From an uncultured Bacilli bacterium (lineage in GTDB: Bacteria; Bacillota_I; Bacilli_A; RF39; UBA660), in contig CALVRH010000004.1 in the NCBI GenBank assembly GCA_944358535.1, positions 1 to 61,135 on the forward strand: DNA of 61,135 nt, written 5' to 3'. Below are positions 10,119 through 20,260 of this stretch, piece by piece. Each line of letters begins with the position of its first letter. Position 1 is the first letter of the stretch. Under the pieces are notes generated by a model. It ran no database searches and was not told the DNA's origin. It saw nothing but the letters and a program-made list of their open reading frames with translations. Made by a program: the position numbers and the translations under genes.

Positions 10119-11099
10119 TTACAACACCACTCTATCAAAAAAATGTTTTCTTGTAATTTTATTAAAAATTAATCTGCAAAACAATTTATCTTTAAAAGAT
10201 CCATAGAACATTCCTTTGCATACCCTTTTCCTTTGATCATAAATTAAATTTAAGAGGTTCATTATTTTATTATAGTATTGTCTTTTTATATCTACATCAC
10301 TTACATTTTTATATAATCTACATATGCTTCTGAATTGATAATACATTCTTGTATATAATAAATCAGATGTGTTTTTCTTTTGATTTAATTGAGTAACAAT
10401 AGAATTAAAAACTGTAATATGATAGTCAAAAATTCTTGGCTTAACATCAGTCATAGAATTACCCGGCCTATCTACTAAATAATATGATAATGCTTGATCA
10501 GTGTATAAGGCTTTTTTAACGTTAGTAAGTGCTAAAATATAAAGCAATAAATCTGTAAAACTAACCTTTTTAGGAAAAGAAATATCTTTTGCAACAGAAG
10601 TTTTATATAATTTAGAATGAGGAGATACATGTAAAAATGCAAATTCTCCTATATTATCAACATAAACTTTGTTTGGAATAACTTGGCAAAATGGTTCCAT
10701 ACTTTTATCATATACTTCTTCGTTATCATCATTGTAAACCAAATATTTAGATCCTACTACTAAATCCAAATCATCATTAATTGCTAAATTATATAAAGTT
10801 TCAATAGCATTTTCAGCTAACCAATCATCTGGATCACAAATTAAAAAATATTCAGTTGTAATATTTTGAATGGCATATTCTAAAACAGAACCATATCCAC
10901 CATTTTCTTTTTCAATGCATTTTACTCTACTATCTTTTTTTGCATATTCTTTAATAATAGAAACACTATTATCTGGTGAACCATCACTAATAGCCCAAAT
11001 TTCTATATCTTTAAATGTTTGATTAATTAAACTATCTAAACATTTTGATAAATATTTTTCAACATTATATATCGGAACAATAATAGATACTTTAGCCAT
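10119..11099 (-). CDS. Glycosyltransferase family 2
   Basis: VSIIVPIYN...SDGSPDNS...CDPDD motifs. Confidence 0.85.
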   Translation of the reverse strand: MAKVSIIVPIYNVEKYLSKCLDSLINQTFKDIEIWAISDGSPDNSVSIIKEYAKKDSRVKCIEKENGGYGSVLEYAIQNITTEYFLICDPDDWLAENAIETLYNLAINDDLDLVVGSKYLVYNDDNEEVYDKSMEPFCQVIPNKVYVDNIGEFAFLHVSPHSKLYKTSVAKDISFPKKVSFTDLLLYILALTNVKKALYTDQALSYYLVDRPGNSMTDVKPRIFDYHITVFNSIVTQLNQKKNTSDLLYTRMYYQFRSICRLYKNVSDVDIKRQYYNKIMNLLNLIYDQRKRVCKGMFYGSFKDKLFCRLIFNKITRKHFFDRVVL

Positions 11100-12267
11100 T
11101 GTTTTCCTCCTTCAGTTGTTCAAATAATTTCAATGCTTCATTAATAACTAAATCCATATTGAAATACTTATATTGAGCAAGTCTTCCAATTAAATAAAAA
11201 TTAGGAATTTTAGAAGCTTTCTCTAAATATTTATTATATAAATTCATATTATCATCATTTACAATTGGATAATAAGGAATGTTTGCTTTATCATTATTTC
11301 TATCATAAGCGCAAGGATATTCACGCATAATTGTAGTTTTAGGTGTTTTAGCATTTTCCATTGTCATATGTTTAAACTCAGTAATTCTTGTAAATTTATC
11401 TTCTTTAGTCGGATAATTAACTGTACCAACTTCTTGGAAATATTCTTTATTAATTGTTTCAAATTCAAACTCCAATGATCTATAAGGTAAAGATCCATAT
11501 TCATAATCAAAAAATTCATCAATTGCGCCTGTATAAATAACAGTACCTTTAAATTCTTTACCTTCAAAATAAATCTTATTATCTTTAACAGTTAAAACTT
11601 CTTTAGCATCTACACCTAATCTTACTTCAATATTTTTACTATCCAACATTTTTTCAAATACTTTAGTGTATCCACCTTTTGGTATAAATTGATATTTATC
11701 TTGAAAATAACGATCATCTTTTGAAACAAATACTGGAACTCTATTTGTTACATTAGGATCTATTTCATCTGGAGTTTGTCCCCATTGTTTCATTGTATAA
11801 TATAAGAAAACGTTCTCATAAATATATTCTGCGAGTTCATTAATGTCTTTATCTGGATATTTACGAAGTTCTAAAATTGGAATTTTCTTTTCTGTACCAA
11901 ATTCTTTTTTTAAAATTCCAATTAGTTTATCAGCTTTTTCATTATCGAAGCTTTTTTCTATTGAAGTAATGTTGAATGGAATTGGTACAATTTTACCATT
12001 AACTTTACCTAGAACTCTATGTTCATAGAAAAACCATTCACCAAATCCTTTTAAATAATTGTAAACATTTTCTAAATTTGTATGAAACAAATGTGGTCCA
12101 TACTTATGTATTAATATACCATTTTCATCAATATAATCATACATATTACCACCAATATTGTCTCTTTTATCAATTACTAATACTTTTTTATTTAATTCAT
12201 TAGCAACCCTTTCTGCGATAGTTGCACCAGCGAAACCAGCACCTACAACAATATAATCAAAATTCAT
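11092..12267 (-). CDS. glf: UDP-galactopyranose mutase
   Basis: FAD-binding N-terminus DYIVVGAGFAGA. About 390 aa with typical Glf blocks (YGPHLFHT, RxAxYKY-like RLAQYKYFNMD). Confidence 0.92.
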   Translation of the reverse strand: MNFDYIVVGAGFAGATIAERVANELNKKVLVIDKRDNIGGNMYDYIDENGILIHKYGPHLFHTNLENVYNYLKGFGEWFFYEHRVLGKVNGKIVPIPFNITSIEKSFDNEKADKLIGILKKEFGTEKKIPILELRKYPDKDINELAEYIYENVFLYYTMKQWGQTPDEIDPNVTNRVPVFVSKDDRYFQDKYQFIPKGGYTKVFEKMLDSKNIEVRLGVDAKEVLTVKDNKIYFEGKEFKGTVIYTGAIDEFFDYEYGSLPYRSLEFEFETINKEYFQEVGTVNYPTKEDKFTRITEFKHMTMENAKTPKTTIMREYPCAYDRNNDKANIPYYPIVNDDNMNLYNKYLEKASKIPNFYLIGRLAQYKYFNMDLVINEALKLFEQLKEENNG

Positions 12268-12321
12268 TATTATCCACCTTTCAAAAATTGTAATATTATG
12301 TCTTATTCATTATAACATATA

Positions 12322-12361
12322 TACAAAAATAAAAGCAAATAAACCAAGAAGACTTATTTAC
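12322..12361 (-). terminator. Probable intrinsic terminator separating the gtrB/GT-C unit from glf
   Basis: Minus-strand hairpin GTAAATAAGTC-TTCTT-GGTTTATTTGC (with G-U pairs) followed by TTTTATTTTT. Confidence 0.45.
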
Positions 12362-12377
12362 TTTTATCACGATTTTT

Positions 12378-13751
12378 TTACTTTCTTTTTTGATAGCAAT
12401 TCAATAAATATTCAACCGTATACATACTCATTAAAAACAGAAAAATTTGTGCGGTATATGCATATCGTGGCGTGCTTTCAATCAATAAATATACTCCAAA
12501 ATAAACTAGTAAAATAATTAAAAAGAATAATTGTGTTCTTGACATATTTTTGCGTTTAAGAATAATTGCAATAATCGCAAAAATAAATATAATATAAATT
12601 ATTAACTGATTAAATGAATAAAATAAAGCAATAAGACTATCAGCTTTTATTTTTTGATTCAAAACATTTATTGATTTTCCAGACAGATAAAACAAAGACC
12701 ATCCCAAATCACTTTCAATCCAAAAATGTTGAGCTTTATACATAAATAATGATGGCAATTTATCTAATGATCCAATTGTATAATTGTATAATCTTTTTAA
12801 ATGTTCTTCATTACTTTCTTCGTTAAACTTTTCAGATAATTGCGCGTTATAATCACCTTTTGTTTCTGGATTTAAACCAACAGTAAATTTCCATAAAGGC
12901 TCAGTATTTTTAAAACCACTTGGGCTAATACCGGTTTTCGTTACAATAAAAGAAGAAGTTGTTGTTATTATTAAATAAACTAAAATTAAAATTCCAAAGT
13001 TTTTGCCCATTTTTACCACATCTTCTTTTTTTGTTGTTAAAATCAGAAATAATAAAATGGACATGATAAATATAATTGCTTCTGGGCGAATAATATTACC
13101 TACAGCTAAACATACTCCAATAAGCAAATATCTTAAATTAATATTTATTTGTTTAAATTTTTTGGAAATAAAAATATAAATAGCTAATAAAAAGAAAAAT
13201 GATGAAATGTGCTGGTTACTTAAAACTGTGTTAAATAAAAGTGGAAATGGAAAAACCATATATATTAAGCTGATTATTCTTGCTACTTTCTTATTTGTAA
13301 TTTCCTTTGTTATTAAATATATTAATAAAACAATTAACGAAGTAAAAATACAATTAACAATTTTTATAAACAAAACATTGTTACAAATAAATAATAACAA
13401 GGACATAAATAAAGTATAGCCCATTTGATAACCCCAACGTAACATATATTCTGAATTTGCGGCTGCAGTTAAATTGCCGGAAACAATTTCTTTTGCGGTA
13501 TTAAACATCACTGAATAATCACTAATAATTGGGGTGTCAAATAATATAACTACAGCAATTCTTAAGATTAATGCCATTAAAAATATAAAAATTCCAAATT
13601 TGGATATCTCAAACTTATATCCAAACCATATTATAAAACTTAAACAAGCTATTGATATTATTGGATATGTAATTAAAGATCTAACAAAAGTTAATCCGAA
13701 TAAAAATAATAGAAAATATATAAAAAAGTGTTTTAATTTTTGCATAATCAT
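12378..13751 (-). CDS. GT-C fold (ArnT/PMT-like) polytopic membrane glycosyltransferase, paralog 2
   Basis: 457 aa with more than 10 TM segments and an acidic residue in the first extracytoplasmic loop. It lies downstream of the gtrB-like gene. Confidence 0.55.
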   Translation of the reverse strand: MIMQKLKHFFIYFLLFLFGLTFVRSLITYPIISIACLSFIIWFGYKFEISKFGIFIFLMALILRIAVVILFDTPIISDYSVMFNTAKEIVSGNLTAAANSEYMLRWGYQMGYTLFMSLLLFICNNVLFIKIVNCIFTSLIVLLIYLITKEITNKKVARIISLIYMVFPFPLLFNTVLSNQHISSFFFLLAIYIFISKKFKQININLRYLLIGVCLAVGNIIRPEAIIFIMSILLFLILTTKKEDVVKMGKNFGILILVYLIITTTSSFIVTKTGISPSGFKNTEPLWKFTVGLNPETKGDYNAQLSEKFNEESNEEHLKRLYNYTIGSLDKLPSLFMYKAQHFWIESDLGWSLFYLSGKSINVLNQKIKADSLIALFYSFNQLIIYIIFIFAIIAIILKRKNMSRTQLFFLIILLVYFGVYLLIESTPRYAYTAQIFLFLMSMYTVEYLLNCYQKRK

Positions 13752-13752
13752 T

Positions 13753-15237
13753 TCACTCCTTGTTTGTTAATTTGTTTTTTTCAAAATTAACAATACTATA
13801 TAAAGACAAAACCGTTAAAACTATCATTATGGGTACAAAATCAACTAAATATCTAGATCTGGTTTCCCATATTAATAAGAATAACCATATTCCTAATAAT
13901 ACACATCTTAATAAAGTCTTATTATCAAGTAAATTTGTTTTATTTTTTAAGTCAACGACACAACTAATAAGCATAAAAACATACATAGCCAAAACAATTC
14001 CTGTATAAAAGTTAAAACAAACATCAAAATATTTTCCATTAGGTAAAACTATGGCATGCAATGGCGAATTATTGATTGGTTTTCTATTTAGTTTTTCTGA
14101 AGCAAAGTAATTTCCATCAGCCCAAGTATCCAATGTCTTTATTGCATAAAATTTAATATTTCCCCAGATTTTCCTTTTTGAAATACGTTCTTTTATAACT
14201 TCTAAATTATACGCCACTTTATCTTTTGAATGGCTTGTGTTAGTGAAATCAGTTTGACTAAAGCCACCATATATAAGTCCCTCATCATTAAGACCCATCA
14301 TTAGGTAATGCGTTATTGGTAAGTTATGATCTTCATACTTTTCGAGGTTTGGAAGCGCTATGTTTAAAACTATGTTATAGCTTATCATGAGAATAATTAC
14401 AATAAAAGTTGGAATTAAAATTTTAAATATCTTTTCTTTAATTGATGAATTTTGAAAAAGCCAAATAATAAACATTGCAATAATTGTAACAAATGTACTT
14501 CCTTTTAATTTGTAGCCAATAAAAGTAACAACTCCCAAACAGATAAGCAATAATATATTTTTCTTTTTTGAATTATTTTCATTAATGTTAATAAAAATAT
14601 AAAACATAAGGACTGGAACAAACATAGATAATGTATCCGTGTAAAAAATTGGAGTATAAAGCAAAAATGGTGATATAAATAAACACATAAATGTTGCGAA
14701 TAATGCATAGTTTGTTCCAATTAATTTTTTAGCAATTAAATAGATTAAAAAAATGGACAAATCAATAAAAATTATATTAATAATAATAGATAATGTTTCA
14801 AAATCAAAATATCCAAAAATACTAGAAATTTTATAAACAATGGCTAAACAAAATGTAAGAAAATAATTATTTGGATAAACATAGTTTAAATATAAATCAC
14901 CATTTGTAACAAAACTTTTAGCGGCCTGATAGTTATTGCCAAAATCCCAAGAAGGAATAACTTGTAATTGTTTTGCAACAATCAACTGAATGATAAAAAA
15001 TATAATAAAAAAGCAGGCTAAAATGATATTCTTCTTTTTATTTGATATTTCTTTTGTCTTACTGATTTTCTTAAATAAAACAAATAGTAAAACACCCCAT
15101 AGTAATGTTGATGCAATTATTATTAATTGGTTACTAGAGCCATATAATCTATTTTTTAAAAATAATCCACCTAAAATGATAAAACCAAAAACAAGTACAA
15201 AAACAATATTAATAATACGATTCATTATTTTTCCCAT
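13753..15237 (-). CDS. GT-C fold (ArnT/PMT-like) polytopic membrane glycosyltransferase, paralog 1
   Basis: 494 aa, polytopic, with a large C-terminal extracytoplasmic segment. AGGGGA RBS 6 nt before the ATG at 15237. Confidence 0.55.
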   Translation of the reverse strand: MGKIMNRIINIVFVLVFGFIILGGLFLKNRLYGSSNQLIIIASTLLWGVLLFVLFKKISKTKEISNKKKNIILACFFIIFFIIQLIVAKQLQVIPSWDFGNNYQAAKSFVTNGDLYLNYVYPNNYFLTFCLAIVYKISSIFGYFDFETLSIIINIIFIDLSIFLIYLIAKKLIGTNYALFATFMCLFISPFLLYTPIFYTDTLSMFVPVLMFYIFININENNSKKKNILLLICLGVVTFIGYKLKGSTFVTIIAMFIIWLFQNSSIKEKIFKILIPTFIVIILMISYNIVLNIALPNLEKYEDHNLPITHYLMMGLNDEGLIYGGFSQTDFTNTSHSKDKVAYNLEVIKERISKRKIWGNIKFYAIKTLDTWADGNYFASEKLNRKPINNSPLHAIVLPNGKYFDVCFNFYTGIVLAMYVFMLISCVVDLKNKTNLLDNKTLLRCVLLGIWLFLLIWETRSRYLVDFVPIMIVLTVLSLYSIVNFEKNKLTNKE

Positions 15238-15262
15238 AATACATCCCCTACAATATTCTTAT

Positions 15263-16198
15263 TTATTTCCTATCCTTTTCTGTTTCCTGAACAATATAAA
15301 TTGGTCTTTTCTTTACTTCTAAATATGTTTTAGATAAGTATTGACCCATGATTCCAAGACAGAGTAATTGAACTCCACCTATGAAAAACATAATACAAAC
15401 CATGCTTGGCCATCCGCTTGTTGGATCACCATACATAAGTGTTCTTACAATTACAAAAATTATTATAATAAAAGCTACAAAACAAAATAATATTCCCATA
15501 ACAGAAGCAATAGAAAGTGGTACTGTAGAAAAAGCTACAATACTTTCTAAAGAGTACAAAAATAATTTCCAAAAAGACCATTTAGTCTCTCCTGCTGCTC
15601 TTTCAACATTTTCATATTCAAGCCATTTTGTTCTATACCCTACCCAAGAAAAAATACCTTTAGAAAATCTATTATATTCTTTTAATGATAAAACAGAATT
15701 AACCATTTGTCTTGTCATTAATCTAAAGTCTCTTGCACCATCAACTATTTCTGTTTTAGAAATTTTATTTATTAATTTATAGTATAATCTTGCAAAAAAG
15801 CTACGGATTACTGGCTCACCCTTACGAGTTACTCTTCTTGTAGCAACACTATCATATTCGCCAGATTCTAATATTTCATACATTTCTTTTAAAAGTGCTG
15901 GGGGATCTTGCAGGTCAGCATCCATAATAGCAATATAATCTCCTGTTGATGCTTCAAGCCCAGCATACATTGCTGCTTCTTTGCCAAAGTTTCTTGAAAA
16001 AGAAACATATCTTACATCATCATTTTTAGATAATTCTCTCATTAGTTCTAGTGTTTTATCTTTAGAACCATCATTAACAAAAATAATTTCGAATGTTACG
16101 TTTTTAAAATCCTTTTTAATTTTCTGAATTTCTGCATAAAATATTTTAATTACTTCCTCTTCATTATAACAAGGAACAACTAACGAAATTTTCTTCAT
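15263..16198 (-). CDS. Polyprenyl-phosphate glycosyltransferase (GtrB/CsbB/ArnC-like GT2)
   Basis: GT2 motifs (VVPCYNEE, NDGSKD, MDADLQDPP) plus two C-terminal TM helices, the classic GtrB architecture. Confidence 0.85.
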   Translation of the reverse strand: MKKISLVVPCYNEEEVIKIFYAEIQKIKKDFKNVTFEIIFVNDGSKDKTLELMRELSKNDDVRYVSFSRNFGKEAAMYAGLEASTGDYIAIMDADLQDPPALLKEMYEILESGEYDSVATRRVTRKGEPVIRSFFARLYYKLINKISKTEIVDGARDFRLMTRQMVNSVLSLKEYNRFSKGIFSWVGYRTKWLEYENVERAAGETKWSFWKLFLYSLESIVAFSTVPLSIASVMGILFCFVAFIIIIFVIVRTLMYGDPTSGWPSMVCIMFFIGGVQLLCLGIMGQYLSKTYLEVKKRPIYIVQETEKDRK

Positions 16199-16221
16199 AA
16201 ACTTACACCTCTACCAGATTA

Positions 16222-16250
16222 AGTATAGCAAAAACAATTTATTTTATCAA
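16222..16250 (-). promoter_or_regulatory. Sigma-A type promoter of the gtrB-like unit (TTGATA-17-TATACT)
   Basis: Hexamers read on the minus strand, with 17-nt spacing, about 25 nt upstream of the start codon. Confidence 0.5.
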
Positions 16251-16305
16251 CAAACGCAGTATATTTTTTGAAAGATTACTGTATTAACGATTTTTATTAC
16301 AAAAA

Positions 16306-16331
16306 AGAACAAATAAATATTTATTTGTTCT
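16306..16331 (-). terminator. Intrinsic terminator of the GH25 gene
   Basis: Perfect 26-bp palindrome AGAACAAATAAATATTTATTTGTTCT overlapping the stop codon, followed on the minus strand by TTTTTT. Confidence 0.75.
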
Positions 16332-18864
16332 AATCAAAAATATCATAACCCAAATCAAAATCAACATTTCCGTTTATTCCGTTTAAATGTCCATCTGAAG
16401 CAAATTGCCAATATTTATAAGGTGTTAAATTATAAGTTGGTTTTTGATTTTTTGCATATCCAAAACTTGGACTAGGTACTGGTAGCCATTCAGCAAGCCA
16501 AATATCATATTTTTTAACTAATTCTTGAGCATTTAAATGATTAGTAAGCCATGTTTTATTGGCATAAATACCACAACTATAACCGTTTGCCTCGATTTGT
16601 GAACAGAAAGTATCAGAGACATTTGTTAATTGTTCTTTTCCTGCATTAACAACACTATTATCTTCCATGTCAATAAATACTTTTGTACCTAGATTTGGTG
16701 AATAATTATATTGTTCTATTTGATCAATTAAACGTAGCATATGCCTAGCTTCATTTTGAGCACTAGAATCATCATTATCAATTTCACTAGCATAAGAATA
16801 TAAGTATAAACCATATGGGATATTATATTCTTCACAAGATTTAACATTATTTAAAAACTCCCTATCATCTTGGTCAGTCCAATTTCCACCATAGCCCGCT
16901 CTAATTATAACGAAACCAATATCTGATTTTGCCACTGTAGCCCAGTCTATAGTGTTTTGGTGATGTGAAACATCAATACCAGTATAAACCTTCTGACCTT
17001 CGTACTTTTTTAATTGGAAAAACTGAGAATCAGATAAAGTGTTTTGATAAAGTTGAATATTAGTTCCATTTGTAGTATTTCCGTTTAATACATCAATGTT
17101 CAAACCATTGGCTTTTGAAACAATAACATTATAGCCTTTTCCATCATTTTTAATAGCCCATTTTTGTGTATCTAAATCAGCATATTTTGATATTTGAACA
17201 TTTACACCATTTGTTCTATCTCCACTTGCAGCTGTTAAAGCAACTTCTGGATTCATTGAACTTAAGATTGCATAATATCCATTATCTAATTTCTTTAAAT
17301 ACCATATTTGAGCAACTGAATTATTACTCTGATAAAGTTGTACATTAGTTCCGTTTGCTTTTTTAGCATTGTCAACATCTAAAACTTTATTGTTTGCTAA
17401 TTTAGAATTAATTGTATAATAGCCATCTTCGTATATGTGCGTAGGTGCTTCATTTTCATTAACGGTTGTAGGAGTCAATTTAAATTTTTGAGCGTTTGTC
17501 TTATTACCAGTATAAATTTGAATGCTTGTTCCATTCGCTGACTTTCCATCAGCAATATCTAAATATTTATAACTATTTTTAGCAATTATATAATAATATC
17601 CATCACCAGCATCTTTTATGTACCACTTTTGCGCTTCACTACCATTAGAAGAATAAATTTGCACCTTTGTTCCATTAACTTTGTCACCATTTTTAACATC
17701 TAAAACAAAATTATTATTAAGTGCTGATTTAATAGAATAATATCCATCTGCTATGTATTCAATATACCACTTTTGAGAATTGAGATTATTATTTTCATTT
17801 AAAATTGTTTGAATGTTATTGGTTGCAATCATAGCATTTACATCAATAACTTTATTATTATCCAAAGCACTATTAAAAGTATAATAGCCATTTGCTATTT
17901 TAGGTTCTTCCATTTTAGTAAAAATAAATTTTTGGGCATTTGAACCATTTGTTTGGTATATTTGAATACTTGTGCCACTTTTAATATTACCATCTTCAAT
18001 GTCGACATACATGTGATCTAAAGCAGAAATTAGACTATAATATCCATCTTCTTCTCTAATTATCCACTTTTGAGCATTTGAACCGTTGCTTTGATATAGC
18101 TGAGTATCTGTTCCATTTGCACTGCTGCCATTCTTAACATCAAGCACCATCCATTCATTAGCATATGAAGTTATAGTGTAATATCCATTTCCTAAATATT
18201 TAATTCTCCACATTTGTTCAATTGAACTATCACTATCGGCTAATACAACCTTAGAATTTTGCGTAGCATTCCCATTAACACTTAATGATTTTGTAGAATC
18301 AGCAAAACTAGAAATTTTATAAATTCCATCCTCTAAACTTTGCTGACCAACTAAATCTTCAACAAATCTAAATTTTTGAGCATTTGTTCCATTACCATTC
18401 CACATCTGAATATTAGTTTTATTACGTATTCCAGCATTATCTACATCAATATATAAACCATTACATTTTGAAATAATGTTATAGTATCCACCACCAGCAT
18501 CCTTTATGTACCATCTTTGGGCATTAGTGTTATTTTTAGTATATATTTGTACATTGGTTTTGTTGGATTTACCAGCATTATCTACATCTAAAGATAAATT
18601 ATTATCAAGCATAGTCATAATTTCATAATAACCATCCCCAACCGGTTTCACATACCATTTTTGAGCATTTGTTCCATTACTAGAATAAAGTTGCACGTTG
18701 GTTTTATTATGTGTTCCGGCATTATCTACATCAATTACCATATTAGTACCTAAAGCACTTTTGATTGTATAAATTCCTTCCTTTAAAGTGGCAGCATCTA
18801 CATCAAAAGTAAATGCTAAAAAAGCCATAACAAAAAATAAGCAATATAAAATTTTCTTGTTCAT
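16330..18864 (-). CDS. Secreted GH25 muramidase (lysozyme) with four N-terminal ricin-type beta-trefoil lectin domains
   Basis: Signal peptide. Twelve Q-x-W/F subrepeats (NAQKWY, NAQRWY, NAQKFRF and others) make up four trefoils. The C-terminal ~210 aa carry GIDVSHHQ and other GH25 blocks. The start was trimmed to the ATG at 18864, preceded by GGAGGGG. Confidence 0.85.
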   Translation of the reverse strand: MNKKILYCLFFVMAFLAFTFDVDAATLKEGIYTIKSALGTNMVIDVDNAGTHNKTNVQLYSSNGTNAQKWYVKPVGDGYYEIMTMLDNNLSLDVDNAGKSNKTNVQIYTKNNTNAQRWYIKDAGGGYYNIISKCNGLYIDVDNAGIRNKTNIQMWNGNGTNAQKFRFVEDLVGQQSLEDGIYKISSFADSTKSLSVNGNATQNSKVVLADSDSSIEQMWRIKYLGNGYYTITSYANEWMVLDVKNGSSANGTDTQLYQSNGSNAQKWIIREEDGYYSLISALDHMYVDIEDGNIKSGTSIQIYQTNGSNAQKFIFTKMEEPKIANGYYTFNSALDNNKVIDVNAMIATNNIQTILNENNNLNSQKWYIEYIADGYYSIKSALNNNFVLDVKNGDKVNGTKVQIYSSNGSEAQKWYIKDAGDGYYYIIAKNSYKYLDIADGKSANGTSIQIYTGNKTNAQKFKLTPTTVNENEAPTHIYEDGYYTINSKLANNKVLDVDNAKKANGTNVQLYQSNNSVAQIWYLKKLDNGYYAILSSMNPEVALTAASGDRTNGVNVQISKYADLDTQKWAIKNDGKGYNVIVSKANGLNIDVLNGNTTNGTNIQLYQNTLSDSQFFQLKKYEGQKVYTGIDVSHHQNTIDWATVAKSDIGFVIIRAGYGGNWTDQDDREFLNNVKSCEEYNIPYGLYLYSYASEIDNDDSSAQNEARHMLRLIDQIEQYNYSPNLGTKVFIDMEDNSVVNAGKEQLTNVSDTFCSQIEANGYSCGIYANKTWLTNHLNAQELVKKYDIWLAEWLPVPSPSFGYAKNQKPTYNLTPYKYWQFASDGHLNGINGNVDFDLGYDIFD

Positions 18865-19132
18865 TAAATACCCCTCCATGTTTTCAAAAATATTATATCA
18901 GATTTTTGCATAAAATCATAGGCATCTAAAAAAATGTATTTTGGATTTTTAAATTTTAATACTTATTACTCAGCTCCACTAAATTATCATAAGTTATTTA
19001 ATTGTATTTCTAATCTTGTTCTTTACTTTTAAAATTTTATACTTTAGAAATCAAAAACACACGCTTTTTTTACCTTATAAATTGGTTTTTTATGTTTTCT
19101 ATGTTATACTTTTTATATCAGGAGGGTTAAAA

Positions 19133-20194
19133 ATGAACAACACGATAAAAAAGCAAAGGAGAGATTATAATTTAGATTTAATTAGAATTTTGGCATCATT
19201 TATGGTAATTGTCATTCATGTATCAGCATATTTGTGGTATTCAGTCCCCAGTAATACATTTGAATTTAATGTTTATAATTTTTATGATAGTATGGCTAGA
19301 AGTGCTGTTCCAATTTTCATAATGATTAGTGGTGTCTTCTTTTTGAATAGTACAAAAGAAAAAGATATTGTTACTATATTTAAAAAATATATACTTAAGT
19401 TAGTTTTCATTTTTATATTATGGTCTATTGTTTATTACATTTATGATATTTTGATTAATAGAATAGATTTTAATTTTAAAAATTTAATTTTATCAATTAT
19501 TAATGGCCCTTATCATTTTTGGTATATTCCAACAATAATTGGATTATATATTATTTCACCTATTTTAATTAAAATTACTCAAAACTCTAGCAAAAAAATT
19601 TTTAAATATTTCTTTGGATTACTAATAATTGGATGTTTGATAAAAACCATTTCGTATTGTTCTTTTATACCTTATATAAATATATTAAATAAAATATTTA
19701 ATAAACTTCCTATAGCCTTAATTTGTCAATATTATAGTTATTTCTTGTTAGGATATTTTCTATATAATTTTGATATTTCTCCAAAGAAAAGAAAAATTAT
19801 TTATATAATGGGAATTTTAAGCGTAATTACTTGTGCGTTATTAACCTTCCTTGTATCTCAATATGAAAAGACAAATATTGGCAATTTTTATGACAATTTT
19901 AGTATATTTACATTTTTCGAAGCATGTGCACTATTCTTATGTTTTAAAAATACATATTTTAAATCTGAAAAAATATATAGAAAACAAATTACAACTATAT
20001 CAAATTGTACTTTAGGAATATACATCATCCATATTTTAATTATGAATTTATTATTTGATTTTAATATAATACAAATTACTGACTTCAACCCAATTCTTTC
20101 AATACCACTAATATCTATTTTAATTTTTGTGTTTTCTTTGATTATTACATACCTAATAAAAAAAATTAAGTTTAAAGAAAAAACAATTTTTTAA
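19133..20194 (+). CDS. Acyltransferase family 3 (putative glycan/peptidoglycan O-acetyltransferase)
   Basis: DLIRILASFMVIVIHV N-terminus and about 10 TM segments. The start was moved to the ATG at 19133, behind the GGAGGG RBS. Confidence 0.8.
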   Translation: MNNTIKKQRRDYNLDLIRILASFMVIVIHVSAYLWYSVPSNTFEFNVYNFYDSMARSAVPIFIMISGVFFLNSTKEKDIVTIFKKYILKLVFIFILWSIVYYIYDILINRIDFNFKNLILSIINGPYHFWYIPTIIGLYIISPILIKITQNSSKKIFKYFFGLLIIGCLIKTISYCSFIPYINILNKIFNKLPIALICQYYSYFLLGYFLYNFDISPKKRKIIYIMGILSVITCALLTFLVSQYEKTNIGNFYDNFSIFTFFEACALFLCFKNTYFKSEKIYRKQITTISNCTLGIYIIHILIMNLLFDFNIIQITDFNPILSIPLISILIFVFSLIITYLIKKIKFKEKTIF

Positions 20195-20260
20195 ATATTT
20201 TCTTCATAATATCATATATGTGTTATAATGGAATAACTTAATAGGAAAGGATATGATAAA

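Noticed and set aside
16330-18864. GH25 lysozyme as a prophage endolysin
   Set aside because: The protein has a signal peptide, and no holin, structural or integrase genes lie nearby. It is flanked by chromosomal glycan and wall genes.
19016-19132. Upstream extension of the acyltransferase ORF
   Set aside because: The ATG at 19133 follows a GGAGGG RBS, and the conserved family N-terminus begins there. The extension is AT-rich promoter-like sequence.
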